DNA of 64,000 nucleotides from Paraspadella gotoi (Eukaryota > Animalia > Chaetognatha), in the NCBI GenBank assembly GCA_051294375.1, contig CM119263.1:23847310-23911309 (forward strand), in the 5' to 3' direction. The position numbers and the translations under genes were made by a program. Each line of letters starts with the position of its first letter. The first letter of the stretch is position 1. The notes under the pieces are model-generated. The model did not search any database and was not told the origin of the DNA. It saw only the letters and a program-made list of their open reading frames with translations. Positions 48,438-62,485 of this stretch are shown here, one piece after another.

Positions 48438-51182
48438 ATCCTCACGGATTTACTGTTGGCGTGGATTCAAGGATGTTGGCGCGGATTTTAGGTGATTGAC
48501 GCGGATAGAAGGAAGTTAAAGCGTATGGGCACTTGGGGGTCATTGAATGCGCGTTTAAAAGGAAGTGGTGTTTGGATGATAGGATTAAAGAAATTAAAGA
48601 AACTTGTCACCTTCACCTACAAACAATTTTTTTTCGACACATTTGATCGAACAAAAAAAAATATCTAACTCGTGGACGCATCATTTAATCGACCATCAGC
48701 GAATAATTTATGATTAAGCGAAAGCTTTTTATCCAATCAACGTTCGACTGAAAAAAAAAAATTAAATTAACCAAACGAGCGAAATAAAAACAAATGAACA
48801 AATGAAAAAACTGAAAAACTTACAAAAGCAATTCTGTTTTATTTATTTATTTACGTTTTTGATCGTTGATTTAAAAAATAAGACAAGAATATTTTAATAA
48901 AGAGCGAAGCCAAATTTGCAATTCCATCTCGAATACAAAAGACGTTGCTCGATCGATGACAAAATTCGCGCGAATGCTGAAACGACGGTGACGTCCCCCC
49001 CTGGGGGAGGGAAAGAAACGGGGGGCGTGGCAATTACAGGCGCGCGAATTAACGCAAATCTCGCCTTCTGTTCAACGAGCTTTCCATTCCAGGGGCCTCG
49101 AAATAAAAAAAAAACCCGGATGTTTAATGACAACCGCAGACGTCCCCCCGGATGTAATTACGACTAAAGAAATTCAAGGATGTAAACTGCGGAACGTTTC
49201 GACCATCAAGGATTGACAAATCCGATGCGATATCAAAAAAAATAAAAGAACCTTGTTTAAATTTTGGATTTATAAAATAAATATGTTCTAAGATTTAAAA
49301 CGCTGAGGATTTACGGCGCCGCCAAAGTCTTGGCTCGGATTTATTTTCTCTCCTCGCGTCAAACTCGAACGCGGATTTAATGAAAGCGCGAAAAATCCCG
49401 GATTTAAAACGGATCACCGGATCGATAACGAGGCTCAAAAAGGTGAGTCAATTTAATTTTAATGGGCTATTTTCCACAAATCAATGACTAAAGTTATTTT
49501 AAAAAGAAGCAGAAGAAACTTTTTTTTTCTATTACATGTTACGTTTCTCCGTTGTTTCCGTCTCTCGCAATCCGCCTCTTCGTCCTCCTTGCTTTTTCTC
49601 ATTATGTTTGGTGTTATTGTCATTCTTCATCATTGCTGTCAACATCTTGCTGTCGTTAGTTGTTGTCATGGCTTTCTTAGATCTTTTTTTTTTGTTGCTC
49701 GTTTCTTCGCTGCCTTTTTCCGTCGTCGTCGTCATTGTCGTCGTCGCACGTCGTCGTCGTCGTCCAAGTCGATTAAGGTCCTCAACCTTTCGAAGAATTT
49801 GTGCCTCGCCCCTTTTTTTTCGATATTTCTTTTCTTTCTATAATCTTCTTTCCTCCATTGCCTTCTCCATTAGTCATCCTCCTTTTTCACCTTTTCTTCG
49901 CTCTCACGTTTTTCTATTCATCATTCACGTCTTTCTTTTATCTTTTCTATCACAATTTCCGAGAGTCTCTTTTCTTTACTTCATTACAATTTCCAGGTTT
50001 CATTTTCTTCTTTTTTTTGTGTGTGTGTGTGTCACCTGTTTGTCTGGCAACGAGGAACAGTTCTCAGCTGCTCCTACCTCCGCTGCGACTTTTATCATTT
50101 TCACTTCATCCTCTGCCCACATCTCCAACCATTATTAATCCACATTCCCTTCAACCTCTACTAATTTCGCTCCTCCTCCTCCCCGCGATGCTCCTACATT
50201 CTTAGCAACCTCCTCCCCGCTGCTTCTAAATCTTCCACCCACCTCCCCCCTCCCCTGCTGCTCCTACATCTTTAACAACACCTCTAACCTTCGTGCGTTT
50301 CGTTTTACATCTCCGTCCGTTCCTCCCTTTTTTTTTCTTTTTCTCTCCTTTTTTTCTAATTTTTCTTCCTCCCTTTGCTTTCCTCTTTCTTTCCTTTTCT
50401 ACTCGATGGAAATTTCAAGTTCCGAGTATTTTTTTTACCATTTTCCATTTGTTTGTTTCGGCTACGTTTGTTAAAGTGGAAAAAGAAATGTTCCTCATTT
50501 TCTTTCTCATTAAGATAAAGGTAATCTTTTTTAAAAACGCCAAAGAAAGAAGAGAGGAAGAGGAGAGCTGGAGAGAGAGAGAGAGATGAATGAGAGAAGA
50601 GAGAGAGAGGAGAGAGAGAGAGCAAGAGAGGAGAGAGAGAGAGAGAGAGAGTAGATGAGATGAGAGAGAGAGAGAGAATCTTGTACTGAGGATTAAAAAA
50701 GCCATTGATTTGTTCGAAGCAGAAGAAAAAGCGAAAGAGAGAGAAGAATTTCAAATCGATTTTCTTTAAGAAGAGGCGGAGGAGAAAAGGGGGCGAGATG
50801 GAAGAAGTACAAAAGGCGGCAGAAGACAATGAAAGAAGAAAGAAATAAAGAAAAAGAAAAAAAAAAGAATGAAGTAAGAAATAAAGAAAGAAGAAAAGAC
50901 ATTTTCCCGACGCGTTATCGACGTCAACGCTCGAAAAAAGAGAAGGCGCCCGCGCGTCGAGGACGAGGACCCGGTTATTTCTCTCATTAAGCTCGATGCC
51001 GGGCCTCATTGCGAAGATGCCGAGGAAAAGATGCTTTAAAAAAAAAAAAAAAAAATGTTTAAAAAGAAGAGAAAACGTTGAGGAGGGATTTCTCGGGCAG
51101 GCGAGGAATTTAAAAGAACCGAAGAAAATGGAAAAGAAACTTGATCGCAAAAGTAATTGCAAAGATGGACTTGATCGCATCG

Positions 51183-51290
<108 letters not shown>

Positions 51291-52395
51291 CTTTGATAAC
51301 TCTTGAGATTAAAAAATAAAAATCTCTTTGAAATGTGGGAAATTAAAACTCTGCTGATGTTTGTTCTTCAAATCTTCATATAAAACCAGGAAATTTTTAT
51401 CAGTGTGTAATATTAATGCATAATTCGGTTGATTCTACTCCTTTTGGCAAAATTTATTTCATTTAAAAAACGATACATTTATAATTTTCAACTAATATAA
51501 ACATTATGAAACAGACGCGCGCGGAAAGCGACTCGATGTGCGACACACGAAACAAAAAAAATTCCGTTTTAGTCGTCGTCGTCGTCGTCGTCGTCAGACC
51601 TAACAGCAACACGCAAAACGATCGTCGATCGGCGCACAAAACGCCGTAATTATCGGGACACAAAAACGACGCGAAGAATCGATAAACGAAACGCATCCGC
51701 GAAAACGAGACGAAACATTTTCCCCGTTTTCTTCGTTTCGACCTCCCCGCCCCGCCCCGCCCCCCAATCGCGGGAGAGCGGGCTCCATACGGCGGGAAAA
51801 TCCATCATTTGTTGTTGATGTTTTAGCGGAGATCAAATATTTTATTGCTCTCCTCTTTTCCGTCCATATCTTTTTTTTTCTCCCTCATCTTATTTTCTTT
51901 TTTTTACTGTTTTCTTTTAGTTTTACGTATATATACTTATATACTTAAATGTACTTATATATATTTTCTTTCCTTCTTTTTCTATTTCTTTATTTTTTTT
52001 TTTTCATTTTCTCTCCCCACTCTCTTTTCTCGATCGGGTCACTTTCCACGCTGAGTTTACCTTGGCCCACACAGCCCCATAAACCAAAAAGTGACCTCTG
52101 AAATTACAATCCCCTTCCCCTCGACTTCTTCGAAGCTCTCGACTCTCTTCTCCTCCAGCACGCTTCCTCCCCTCAACTTCCCACCCTTCACCCACTATCG
52201 TATCAAAGCGCAACCCCGCCACCCATTCCCACCTCCTACGAGGCGCCCCTGGGGGCGTCCTTTTCTCCCGCGACTTTAATCAACTTTTGTGACGTTTTAA
52301 AGGACCGCTCCTCTTCGCCTTTCGACTTTTCCCCGCCCCATCTTTCCATCCTTTACCCTCTCCCCGCCACTCTGGATTTCCTCCCCCCCCCCCGG

Positions 52396-54745
52396 ACCTC
52401 GAACGCTGCGCTAATTTCGGAACTGCTTTTTTTACGTTTCCGAGGTCGGAGATCTACGAAGAATCTTCTTCGAGCGAAAGGGTGGTTGAAGATGACGGCC
52501 GCTGTGGCGGAAAAAATCTGGAAATATGAAGTGTTAATTGTAGCGTGTTTCACTGTTTCAGCTGTATGAATGAAAGTTGCTGGTTACGCTATAACTTGTC
52601 GAATACTAACTCGGGTCAAAGAGTCTACCCAGTTCTTAAAAAATATTATCGGCGTCTTTTCATTACCGAAAGTAAAATACAAGGCTGAATATTATTGCGC
52701 TCCATCTGAATGATTGAAGAGGAAAACACACGAGCAGAGAAAGTACGAACTCGAAAGTCAAGTCGAAACTTAGTGTTCATGTAGATAGGTTGAAAAGAAC
52801 GGAAAAGACAACAGAGATTAGGCTTGGGGGTACGACGGAAATTCACAAAAAAAAAAAAAAAAAAAAAAGAAAGCAAGAAGAAAAAGAGAAAGATGAGGCA
52901 AACTGCTGAAGTTCCCTCGCGGCACAAAGGCCCAGAGATTTGGTTAAGTGCGTACGAGGAATCCGGAGAGGGGAAATTTTTATATCGAAGGCATGATGAA
53001 GATGACGATGAGAGGACGATGAGGAGGACGAGTTCGGTTGTCTGGCTCGTCGTTTTGACCTCCGGATTCGTCACCCTATGGGATTGCTTCGACTTCGCCT
53101 CCATTTCTTGCGGCTTAATCCGTCAACGGACGAAGGCCAAAAACTGCGAAATTCGTTGCGCCGAGAAGAAGAGGAAGTCGCATCCGATCTTCTGTTCGAA
53201 ATTCGGATCACGTGTTCTCGGAAAGGGAGTTACTTCAAAATGCTGCTTCTAAAATATATATGCCGAAATATGGCAGGGGAAAAAAGATGTAAAATAAAAT
53301 AATAATACTTTGGAGAGTTTGTTGTTTGTTTACGCGGAACTGTTTGCTGTCACTGAACCAGAGCCCAGCCTTTGGACGCAGATATGAATAAAATCGTTTA
53401 TTTAAAATCTATCAGTCCAAAAAAATTTCGCCGTGTTTTCCATTAAAAACAGGAAAAATAATAAATTAATATTATAGGGGAATCTATCTCGATATATCTT
53501 ATAGCATTATTTTTCCCGGTTTGTTGTAAATTTCATTCTATTGTGTCGATATGGTATCAANNNNNNNNNNNNNNNNNNNNNNNNNACCTCGACGCTGCCT
53601 AATTTCGGAACTGCTTTTAGTTCCCGAGGTCGGGGAGATCTACGAAGAATCTTCTTCGAGCGAAAGGGTGTTTGAAAATGAGACGGCGCTGTGCGGAAAA
53701 AATCTGGAAATATGAAGTGTTAATTGTAAGCGTGTTTCACTGTTTCAGCGTATGAATGAAAGTTGCTGGTTACGCTAAAACTTGTCGAATACTAACTCGG
53801 TAGCAAAGAGTCTACCCAGTTCTTAAAAATATATTATCGTTCGTTTTCATTACCGAAAGTATAAATAACAAGGCTGATATTTTTGCGCTCCTCTTGAATG
53901 ATTGAGGAAAACACACGAGCGAGAAAGTACGAACTCGAAAGTCAAAGTCGAAACTTAGTGTTCATGTGGGAAGTTGAAAGTCGGAAAAGAAAACAGAGAT
54001 TAGGCTTGGGTCTAGGGAGGGAAAATGGAAGACGGAAATTCAAAAAAAAAAAAAAAAAAGAAAGAAGAAGAAAAAGAGAAAGATGAGGCAAAACTGCTGA
54101 AGTTCCTCCGGGCACAAAGGCCAGAGATTTTGGGTTAAGTTGCGTACGAGGGAATCCGGAGGAGGGGGAGATTTTTATATCGAAGGATGATGAAGATGAC
54201 GATGAGAATGACGATGAGGAGGACGAGTTTCGGTTGTCTGGTCTCGTTTGATCTCCGGATTCGTCACCCATGAATTGCTTCGACTTCGCCCCATTTCTTC
54301 GGCTTAATCCGCTCAACGCGACGAAGGCCAAAACTGCGAAATTCGTTGCGCGAGAAGAAGAGGAAGTCGCGATCGATCTTCTTGTTCGAAATTCGGATCA
54401 CGTGTTCTCGGAAAGGGAGTGACTTCAAAATGCTGCTTCTAAAATATATATGCCGAATAATGGAGGGAAAAAAGATGTAAATAAATAATAATACTTTGGA
54501 GAGTTTGTTGTTTGTTTACGCGGAACTGTTTGCTGTAACTGAAACAGAGACAGCCTTTGGGGCGAGATATTGAATAAAATCGGCTATTTAAACTCTATCA
54601 GTAAAACAATTTTCGCGTGTTTTCATTAAAAACAGGAAAAATAATAAATTTAATAACTATACAGGCAATCTATCTCTATATAATCTTATTAGCATTATTT
54701 TTCCTCGTGTTAAAATTCATTCTATTGTGGTCGATAGGGTATCAA
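52396..54745. repeat. ~1.16-kb direct duplication across a 25-N gap (52396-53560 vs 53586-54745); probable unmerged overlap
   Basis: The same sequence flanks the 53561-53585 gap on both sides with independent indel noise. Confidence 0.9.
52892..53303 (+). CDS. Probable terminal exon of an unknown protein with an acidic tract
   Basis: Merging the two noisy copies by eye gives DEAKLLKFLRAQGPEIWLSAYEESGEGDFYIEDDEDDDENDDEEDEFGCLARLISGFVTHELLRLR...EEEEVAIDLLFEIRITCSRKGSDFKMLLLKYICRN. No family recognised. Confidence 0.35.
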
Positions 54746-55548
54746 ATTATAAAAATAATTAGCTATAAAGTTCTTATTCGTAATCGCATTATCATTGAAG
54801 TTGAATCAGACGTCGTCTATTTCAGGTTATCTCAGCTACATACAATACGACTATTTTTATTATTTTTCTGCTCAAACAGCAGGAACCTAAAACAAATAAG
54901 CCCGGTTAAAAACAAGCTGAACAAAAGGCTGTTTCGCCTCGGCTCAAAAAAAAAAGAAGCTCTTCCAGTCTTTCTCCTTAAAGTAAAAGGGTCAACAAGG
55001 TAAGAGACTTCGTGTCTCCCAGCGCACCCCAAATCTGTGGCGGCGTGGGCGGAGGGACCACGGCGGCGTTGGGTGGCGGTGAGAGGTGAAAGAGGTCGGG
55101 AAGCCACGGAGGATAGGGAGGCGTGGCCTGCCTCCCAAAAAAGGAAATAAAGAAGATGAGCGGTTAAAATGGTATTGGGAGAGGATGAAAGGAGGAAGAG
55201 GGGGATGGAAAAGGAGAAAAAGGAAACGGAACTAAACCTCAGAGGGAACATTGAAAGGAAAAATATGAAAAAAAGAAAGAGAGAAAGAAAAGAAGAAAGA
55301 AAGAAAGAAAGAAGAAGAAAAAAAAGAAAAAAAAAAAGAAAGAAAGAAAAGAAAGAAGAAGAAAGAAGAAAATGAAAAAGGAGGAATGGAAAAAGAAAGT
55401 GGGAAAGAACTAACTAGAAAGGCGGAAAGGTAGCAGTGAGATGGAGAGAGAGAAGGAAAGATTAAAAGAAGAGAAAAAAAAAGTGAGGCCTTTTCTCTTC
55501 GGGTTCCTGGTTTTAAGGGGCGAAGCTCCTCAGCTCGTTTCTAACGCA

Positions 55549-55550
<2 letters not shown>

Positions 55551-55638
<88 letters not shown>
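55551..55638. repeat. (GA)n microsatellite
   Basis: Perfect dinucleotide run. Confidence 0.98.
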
Positions 55639-55642
<4 letters not shown>

Positions 55643-55873
55643 AGTTTTTTTCGTGTAAACAAACGTTTTTCGCCTTTCGATACAGAATCTCCCAAGGGAA
55701 ACACCTTCTCAGCTTTTTGATTAAAGTCGGCGACAGTTAAGTCGACGTCAGACAAATGAGTTTAGAGGAATTCCGACGCCGTAGATGCAGCAGATGCCGC
55801 TGATGCCGTTGATGCTGTCAATGTAGGAGACGATTGCAAATTTTGTAAGATTTCTGAACGATAAAGTTTATAT

Positions 55874-56293
55874 GAAATTGGTAGCAACCAATATAAAAAT
55901 TATCCATTCATTTAATAAATAAGCTATCTTGCCCTGACTTTGGACAGGCTTTGGTGTTTAAGGCCTCCATCACTCTTACAAGATAATGACATAGCAGGTC
56001 CCTGCAAGCTTTCAATCAAGACTCTCTCACAGTCTTGTTTATTCACTCCCAGAGTACCTGCTTCCCCTATCAATGAAGTGGAAAATATTTCAAAGAATGT
56101 TTCACATTGTATGAAAAGACCCAACTCCCTTAAGTATTAGATCGGGGAATACTTATTGTACTCCGCACTAGCATCAAAATACAAAGGAGCTGAATTTATG
56201 AAATTGGTACAAACCAATATAAAAAATTACCATTCATTTAATAAATAAGGCTATCTTGCCCCTGACTTTGGACAGGCTTTGGTGGTTTAAGGT
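55874..56293. mobile_element. 420-bp non-autonomous retro-type insertion: 326-bp monomer plus ~94-bp repeat of its start, 13-bp TSD
   Basis: GAAATTGGTA...GGACAGGCTTTGGTG(G)TTTAAGG occurs at 55874 and 56200. ATAAAGTTTATAT flanks the unit at 55861-55873 and 56294-56306. Confidence 0.75.
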
Positions 56294-56538
56294 ATAAAGT
56301 TTATATATCGAGTTGATCGTCCGTTCCAATCGTGGTTAATGCAGTTTAATTATTATTGTTAAATAAATATATATATATATATATATTGTTAAATATTGTT
56401 TGTCAACAGAACGTCTTGAACGGAACAGTTGGCCCTCTTTTCAAAAGTCCACATAGTCTGCGTTACAAATTCATGTCCCCGAGGATATGGAAGAGTAATC
56501 CTTGAGACAAACGATGTTTGACTCTCTCTCTCTCTCTG

Positions 56539-56584
<46 letters not shown>

Positions 56585-57003
56585 ATCTCATTCGGTTGAT
56601 GCCATTAGGCTTAAGCTTCTTACTCGAAATATCTCAAATTCTATTAAATCGCTCCCTGAAGGTTGCACACAACTCTTTTCAAAACCTGGAACGGCGAATT
56701 ACGCCAGTTGCGCTCGTCATCTACTCTCTCCCTCTCTCTGTGTCTCTTTTTTCATTATTTCACTCTCTTCTCATCTCTCCTTCTCCTCTCTCTCCTCTCT
56801 CTCTCTCATCTTCTTCTTCTCTCTCTCTCTCTCTCTCAACCCTTTCTGGCCTCGAGGCTCAGATCCCGCGGGCGACTTCCGGTTCAGCGACGCGCGCTCC
56901 TTCATCCTTAACCTCGCGACGAGAAGCTTTTTTTTTTGTACGGACGACCGCACGGACAGAGAGACGGAGGGATTGAAAAGACGGACTTATAGGAGAGAGA
57001 GCA

Positions 57004-57071
<68 letters not shown>

Positions 57072-58682
57072 TTAAGTAAGTGGTCCTTTCCTATTCCATT
57101 GAATCGGCCAAAGACCTTATCGTAGACAACAACTACTATTCTATGCGGAGAGAGATAGACGCTTCTCATTATCATAGAGAAGGAATTCTCTGTTTTGACC
57201 GATATATATAAAAAAAAAAAAAAAAAACTCCCACTCGTAATCAAGCATATATAGGGCATCAGGGCGCCGAGTCTCTGATAGACCGTATTTAATCGGGTTT
57301 TTTTAAGAGACAGTCGGTCGGTCGTCGCATGTGTGTCCGTCGGTCTGTCCCACTTACCTTTAAAAATGCTCAATGAGCATTGTTAGTACAGAAAAAAAAC
57401 CTATAATCTAAGGGACTGCTAGCGCCGCCTTCAGGAAATCCTAAAAACATAAAGGATAAAAGACGTAGTTTCGTGTCAGGCTAAGAAAGTTATTGTAATC
57501 ATGTCATGTCATATCACGTCATGTCACATATCACTCAATAGTCATGTCACGAGAAATACACGTGAAAATAAAGGCTCTGCGGCGCAACATATTGGATGAA
57601 CCGATCTTGTTCTTTTTTTTATCGTTTTATCTTAATTGAATGTCACTTTCTTTTCAGGTTTCTCTCCTTTATCGCTTTAACGAATAATTGCTATGTTGAT
57701 TTTTAAATTAGTTCCTAGCGTCAACTACGTATTAATAGGCCAAAATGTCACTATTTCCAATATTAATTAATTTGACAAGGCCCACTGTGCCACACAGCAC
57801 CCTTAGTAGTCGCTCTACGCTTGACGATTCCGCGGGAAAATGTGAGCGCACGATCTCCTCCAACTACCTCTTAGTACCAGCGACGAGAATGCAAATGAAT
57901 GTTTCACGAGATAAGAGACTTGAGAGGAAAATGGGGAAAAAAATGGCGCAAGATTCACGGAGGTAAAGTAATGTGGAATCCAGAAACGGATCGATTTAAT
58001 GGAAATAAACAAGAGAAGAAAAATAAAGGAGAAAGAAAATATGAGAAAGAAGGACATCAATTTGGTCGCGTGAAGAGCGTGAATATTTTCCTCGCTTGGC
58101 TTCACTTCTATGGACGCCGACTTCGCTCCAACTTCCAAATTGTTTTTTTCGCTTTGCTTGCTTGTTCGTTCGTTCGTTCGTTCGNNNNNNNNNNTTGATT
58201 GGTTTGCATGATTGTAGGTTTCCATTTTTTTCCATTTGCTTTGTTTGCATTTTAGTTTATTTCGTATGGTTTTTTTTTCTTGATCACTTTGTTCAGTCGT
58301 ATTATTCGTTTGCGCGATCCTTCGTTCTGTGTATTAGCATTTTGGTTCGGTTCCTTTTGTTCAAACGTTCCCATTGTTTGCTCCTTCGTTCCCTGAGTTC
58401 GTTTGCTTTGGTTTTGCTTCTCGTTTTCTCGTTCGACTTTCTCCCGTCTCGTTTGAGGAAATATTTATCGCTTCCTTGGATTTATAACTTTTCACTCTCG
58501 ACCGCGAAATTTCTACTTCGCGTTTTCCTTGAGATCATCCATCGTCATGTCGAACATTCGCTTTATCAACATCATCGGCTACATCGTTATCAATTATCAG
58601 CATCATCATCCCTTAAAACATAAGCAACCATTCAGCATGAAGATCTTTATTGTCGACATCGTCCTCCGACGTCCTCGTTACG

Positions 58683-58752
<70 letters not shown>
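58683..58752. repeat. (CAT)n microsatellite
   Basis: Perfect trinucleotide run; the source of the poly-His and poly-Ile ORFs. Confidence 0.98.
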
Positions 58753-58755
<3 letters not shown>

Positions 58756-59914
58756 AAGACTGCATATCCTCAATATACAAAGTTTATTCCGTTTTTTCGC
58801 CGCAGCTTAAAATCAAGGCTGCGTTCGGTTTCCAATTTCCCCCCATTTTTTTTTCTCCCTGGAGATTTTTTCCTACCGCCTCTGTCTCCTTAATTCAATT
58901 TTCCGTTTCTTTTGCTTCCTTTTTCTTTCATCGGGTTCAGGCCACCTGACTTGGGTTTTTTTTTCTTTTGCCAAAATCGTTTCCGACCTTTTTTTTTTTT
59001 TGAGTTTTGATTTTCGGGAGAGAGCGAATTCGAAAAGTTGGAACGCGTTCTTTGCAGGAGTCGATTAATGAAATTAATTTTCTAGTTTTGATTTTGATTT
59101 TTATATTTATATTTTGCATTTGATTCTTCCCCCGCCCCAATTTATTCAAGGCGATATTTGTGATTAGCAAAGTATTTCTTTTACTTAACATTGACGTCAT
59201 AACTTGATTATGATAAAATTTGTTTCCTCTACGTAAAAAAAAATCCATTTTCACATTTCAAACGATTTTTTTTTCTAATTTTCCAATTCATTTTTAACTA
59301 TCCTGATATTTTTCACATTCGTTCATTATTAATTTTAAATTACTTTTTCATTCCATTATTTTTCTTATTCATTTTTGCCATTTTATCGCCATTTTCTTGA
59401 ACCCTTTTTATTCCGTCTTGTTATACCACTTTGTTTCACTCCTCTGTATTTTTATCTTTTTTTTTAAATTCTCTCTTTGTTCCCGTTTTCCCCGTTCGTG
59501 ACAGTGGCGTTTCTCTTTTTCCTCATTGGCGAACAGCGCCTCTACCAGATCTTTCGGATCAATTGATTCCCTCTTTCAATTAATTTTCCCTTTTTTTTTT
59601 TTCCTCCCCGAGGGAATAAATGGATTTTGAGTCCAGGTTTAAATAAAGCGTGATTTAATCTCGACGATTTTAATGCGACTAAAGTCTAAATTAAAAAACC
59701 AAGTGGCGAGTCATTTTTATTTGACACTAGAAAGAATGGAGAATATCGTGAGTTCTAGAGACTTTTTTTCAAGAGTTGTCGTTGTAAATCAAGCTTAACT
59801 CCCGCTTTACAATCTAAAGGAGATTTTCTTGTTTATTTGTTTACAATGATAACTTTCATCGTAAAACTGCAAAAAAGAAATCCTTGAAGGCTGGCGAATC
59901 TAAGCCACAAAGCC

Positions 59915-59945
<31 letters not shown>

Positions 59946-61589
59946 CCTCCCTCCTCTCCCTCTCTTCTTCATCCTCCTCTCTCTCCTCTCCCTTCTCTCT
60001 TTCTTCTTCTTTCCATTACTCCCGCTGCCAAGTTGCATCGTTTTCCTCACCCAACGGGAGCTCGATTCGCCTCCGCCATTCAACCTCGTCTGGTAACCCT
60101 CACCCTCAGAACTGCGTTCCACCTCCGATCCCGCCCATGGTAGTTCCACCCTCGCAACGATAACCCTTAACCCTCAGTCGGAGCGATAACCCTTTTCTCC
60201 GCGGTCTTCGTTTCCAGCGTCTCCGAATTCTTTCGCCCACCAAACTTTCCCTTCCCCTTACCCTTCCCTCTTCCCCTAGACCTTACCTCGATTTAATAAC
60301 CGCGGGGCGTTCCGATTTCTCTATCGCAGTCTACGCGCGACGCCGGCTTCTATTTTCCATTCCGCGTCCACGGCCGAGGCGAAGACGAAGACGACGACGA
60401 TCGCAAAGACGATAACGACGACGACGACGACGACGACGGTAAAAATGTAGGGAGTTCCAAGACAGGTCCTTCGATGAAAATTTATAAAAAACTATCGTTT
60501 GTGAATTAAGAGAAAGATGACAAATTCAAGGAATCGACAAGAGTTAGACCGTTACAAAAAAAATTATAATCCCACAAAAACTTAAAAAGAGAAAAAATGA
60601 CAATTTTCTCTTTCTTGAAGATAATGACTTTCATAACTGCCACCGCTGCCTCAAGACAAAAAAAAAAAAAAACCACCACGGTACTAAAGCCTCTTTTTTT
60701 TCCGTTGACCCAGTGATGAGCACAGGATGACTATGTATGACGACGACGACGACAACGACGACGACGAGTCTTCCCTCCTCCGCAACGTTATCAGTGATTA
60801 CTAAAGCCTCTCTGCAATTTTTATAGACCGCAGGCGGCGCAAGCGGCGAAAGAGGATGACGGCGCCCGCTCAGTGTATAAACGATTCGAGGCCCGTCCCG
60901 CGCATCGTGCACGCGTCTCGCACGCGCCGTGCACGCCCCGTACACGCCCCACGACGTCCCGCCGTGCATCTGTCAGTTTCCCTCGCGCATCTGTCTCTCC
61001 GGGCATCGCTTAATCCCAGCGTAATCCGGCGAGCGTCGGTAAATCCATGCTAGAGGGTGCTTGTTGCCGTTCGTGTGTGCAAAACTGTGCATTTCTTGAA
61101 TACTCGTTTTCTTCACTACGATTACAAGTACGACCGCACATTTACAGTAGTATAACTCAAAATTCATACATACGTACATCGGAGTAACTTTTTTATGCGA
61201 CCACCTGGATACGACTATTTAATCTGACATCAACTCGTTTCGGGAAGAAGAAATCTGGAGGTCGCGATAATTGCAATGGCGTCAACGAATGAATAGCAAT
61301 GTGGATTAAAAGCGAATTAGAATTACTCGAAGTGAATTACGGTCGAAGCGATGTCACCTCGAAACTTCCATGATATCGAGATTAATGCATTTGTTAAATG
61401 CCACAAAATTAGCGAGGTGAAGTCTTTTTTCAAAGGTCACGCTAGGCCATTTCATGTTGTGTCACGTGATGTCAAAATAGTCGCCGTCGGCGTCGAATTT
61501 GACTTCGAAGGTCGACGCTTTTTTCCTTCGTCTCAAATTCGCTTCACCGACGATTTTCTTTTTATCCTTCGTCGGGGATTTTCTGGCTT

Positions 61590-62485
61590 AGACTCCGACC
61601 TCGGTGACGACTCTAATGTTGATGATGACGACGATGCAGACTCCGGACCTCGGTGACGACTCTAAATGTTGATGATGACGACCGATGCCGACAACTACTC
61701 GGTGATGACTTCTAATGTCGTTGATGCGACGACGACCTCGGTGACGACTCTAATGTCGATGATGCCCGACGATGCCAACGACGACCCTCGGTGACGACTC
61801 TAATGTCGTGATGACGACGATGGACAACGACCTCGATGATGACTTCTAATGTAATGATGACGACGATGCCAACAACGACCTCGGGTGACGACTCTAATGT
61901 CGATATGCCGACGATAGCCCGACGACGAACTCGGTTGAGGACTCTAATGCTGATGATGATGAAGAAGAGAACGACGACTGCCGACGATACGACCTCGGTG
62001 ATGACTCTAATGTGATGATGATGACGATGCCGACGACGAACCTTGATAGATGACGAGAGATGCAGACTCCGACCTCGGTGACGACTCTAATGTAGATGAT
62101 GAGACAATGCCGACGATGACTTGGGATGACTTTAATGTCGATGATGACGACGATGCCGAAGACGACCTCGGTTGAGAACTCTAATGCTGATGATGATGAT
62201 GAAGAAGAAGACGATGCCGACGACGACCTCGGTGACGACTCTAATGTAGATGATGACGACGATGCGGACGACGACCTTGGTGACGACTCTAATGTCATTG
62301 ATGACGATGAAAAAGATGATGATGCCTACAACGATGAAGATGACCACCTTGATAACAACTCTAATATTGATGACATCAACGAAGAAAACAACAATGTCGA
62401 CAATGACCTCAGTGATGACTCTAATGTTGATGACGACGACGTAGAAGACGACGATGCTGACGATAACCTCGGTGACAACTCTAAA
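61590..62485 (+). repeat. ~48-bp unit tandem repeat, translatable as an Asp-rich (DLGDDSNVDDDDDADD)n peptide
   Basis: Recurrent GACCTCGGTGACGACTCTAATGT unit. Open from 62126 to 62503; the 5' part is broken by single-base indels. Confidence 0.85.

Noticed and set aside
55924-56190. C-terminus of a restriction-like-endonuclease LINE (KYSP...FEI...LG)
   Set aside because: The similarity is faint and needs frameshifts; the terminal direct repeat, TSD and hairpins fit a non-coding element better, though it is not fully excluded.
58529-58949. Poly-His or poly-Ile proteins
   Set aside because: Translations of a pure (CAT)n microsatellite with no other coding signal.
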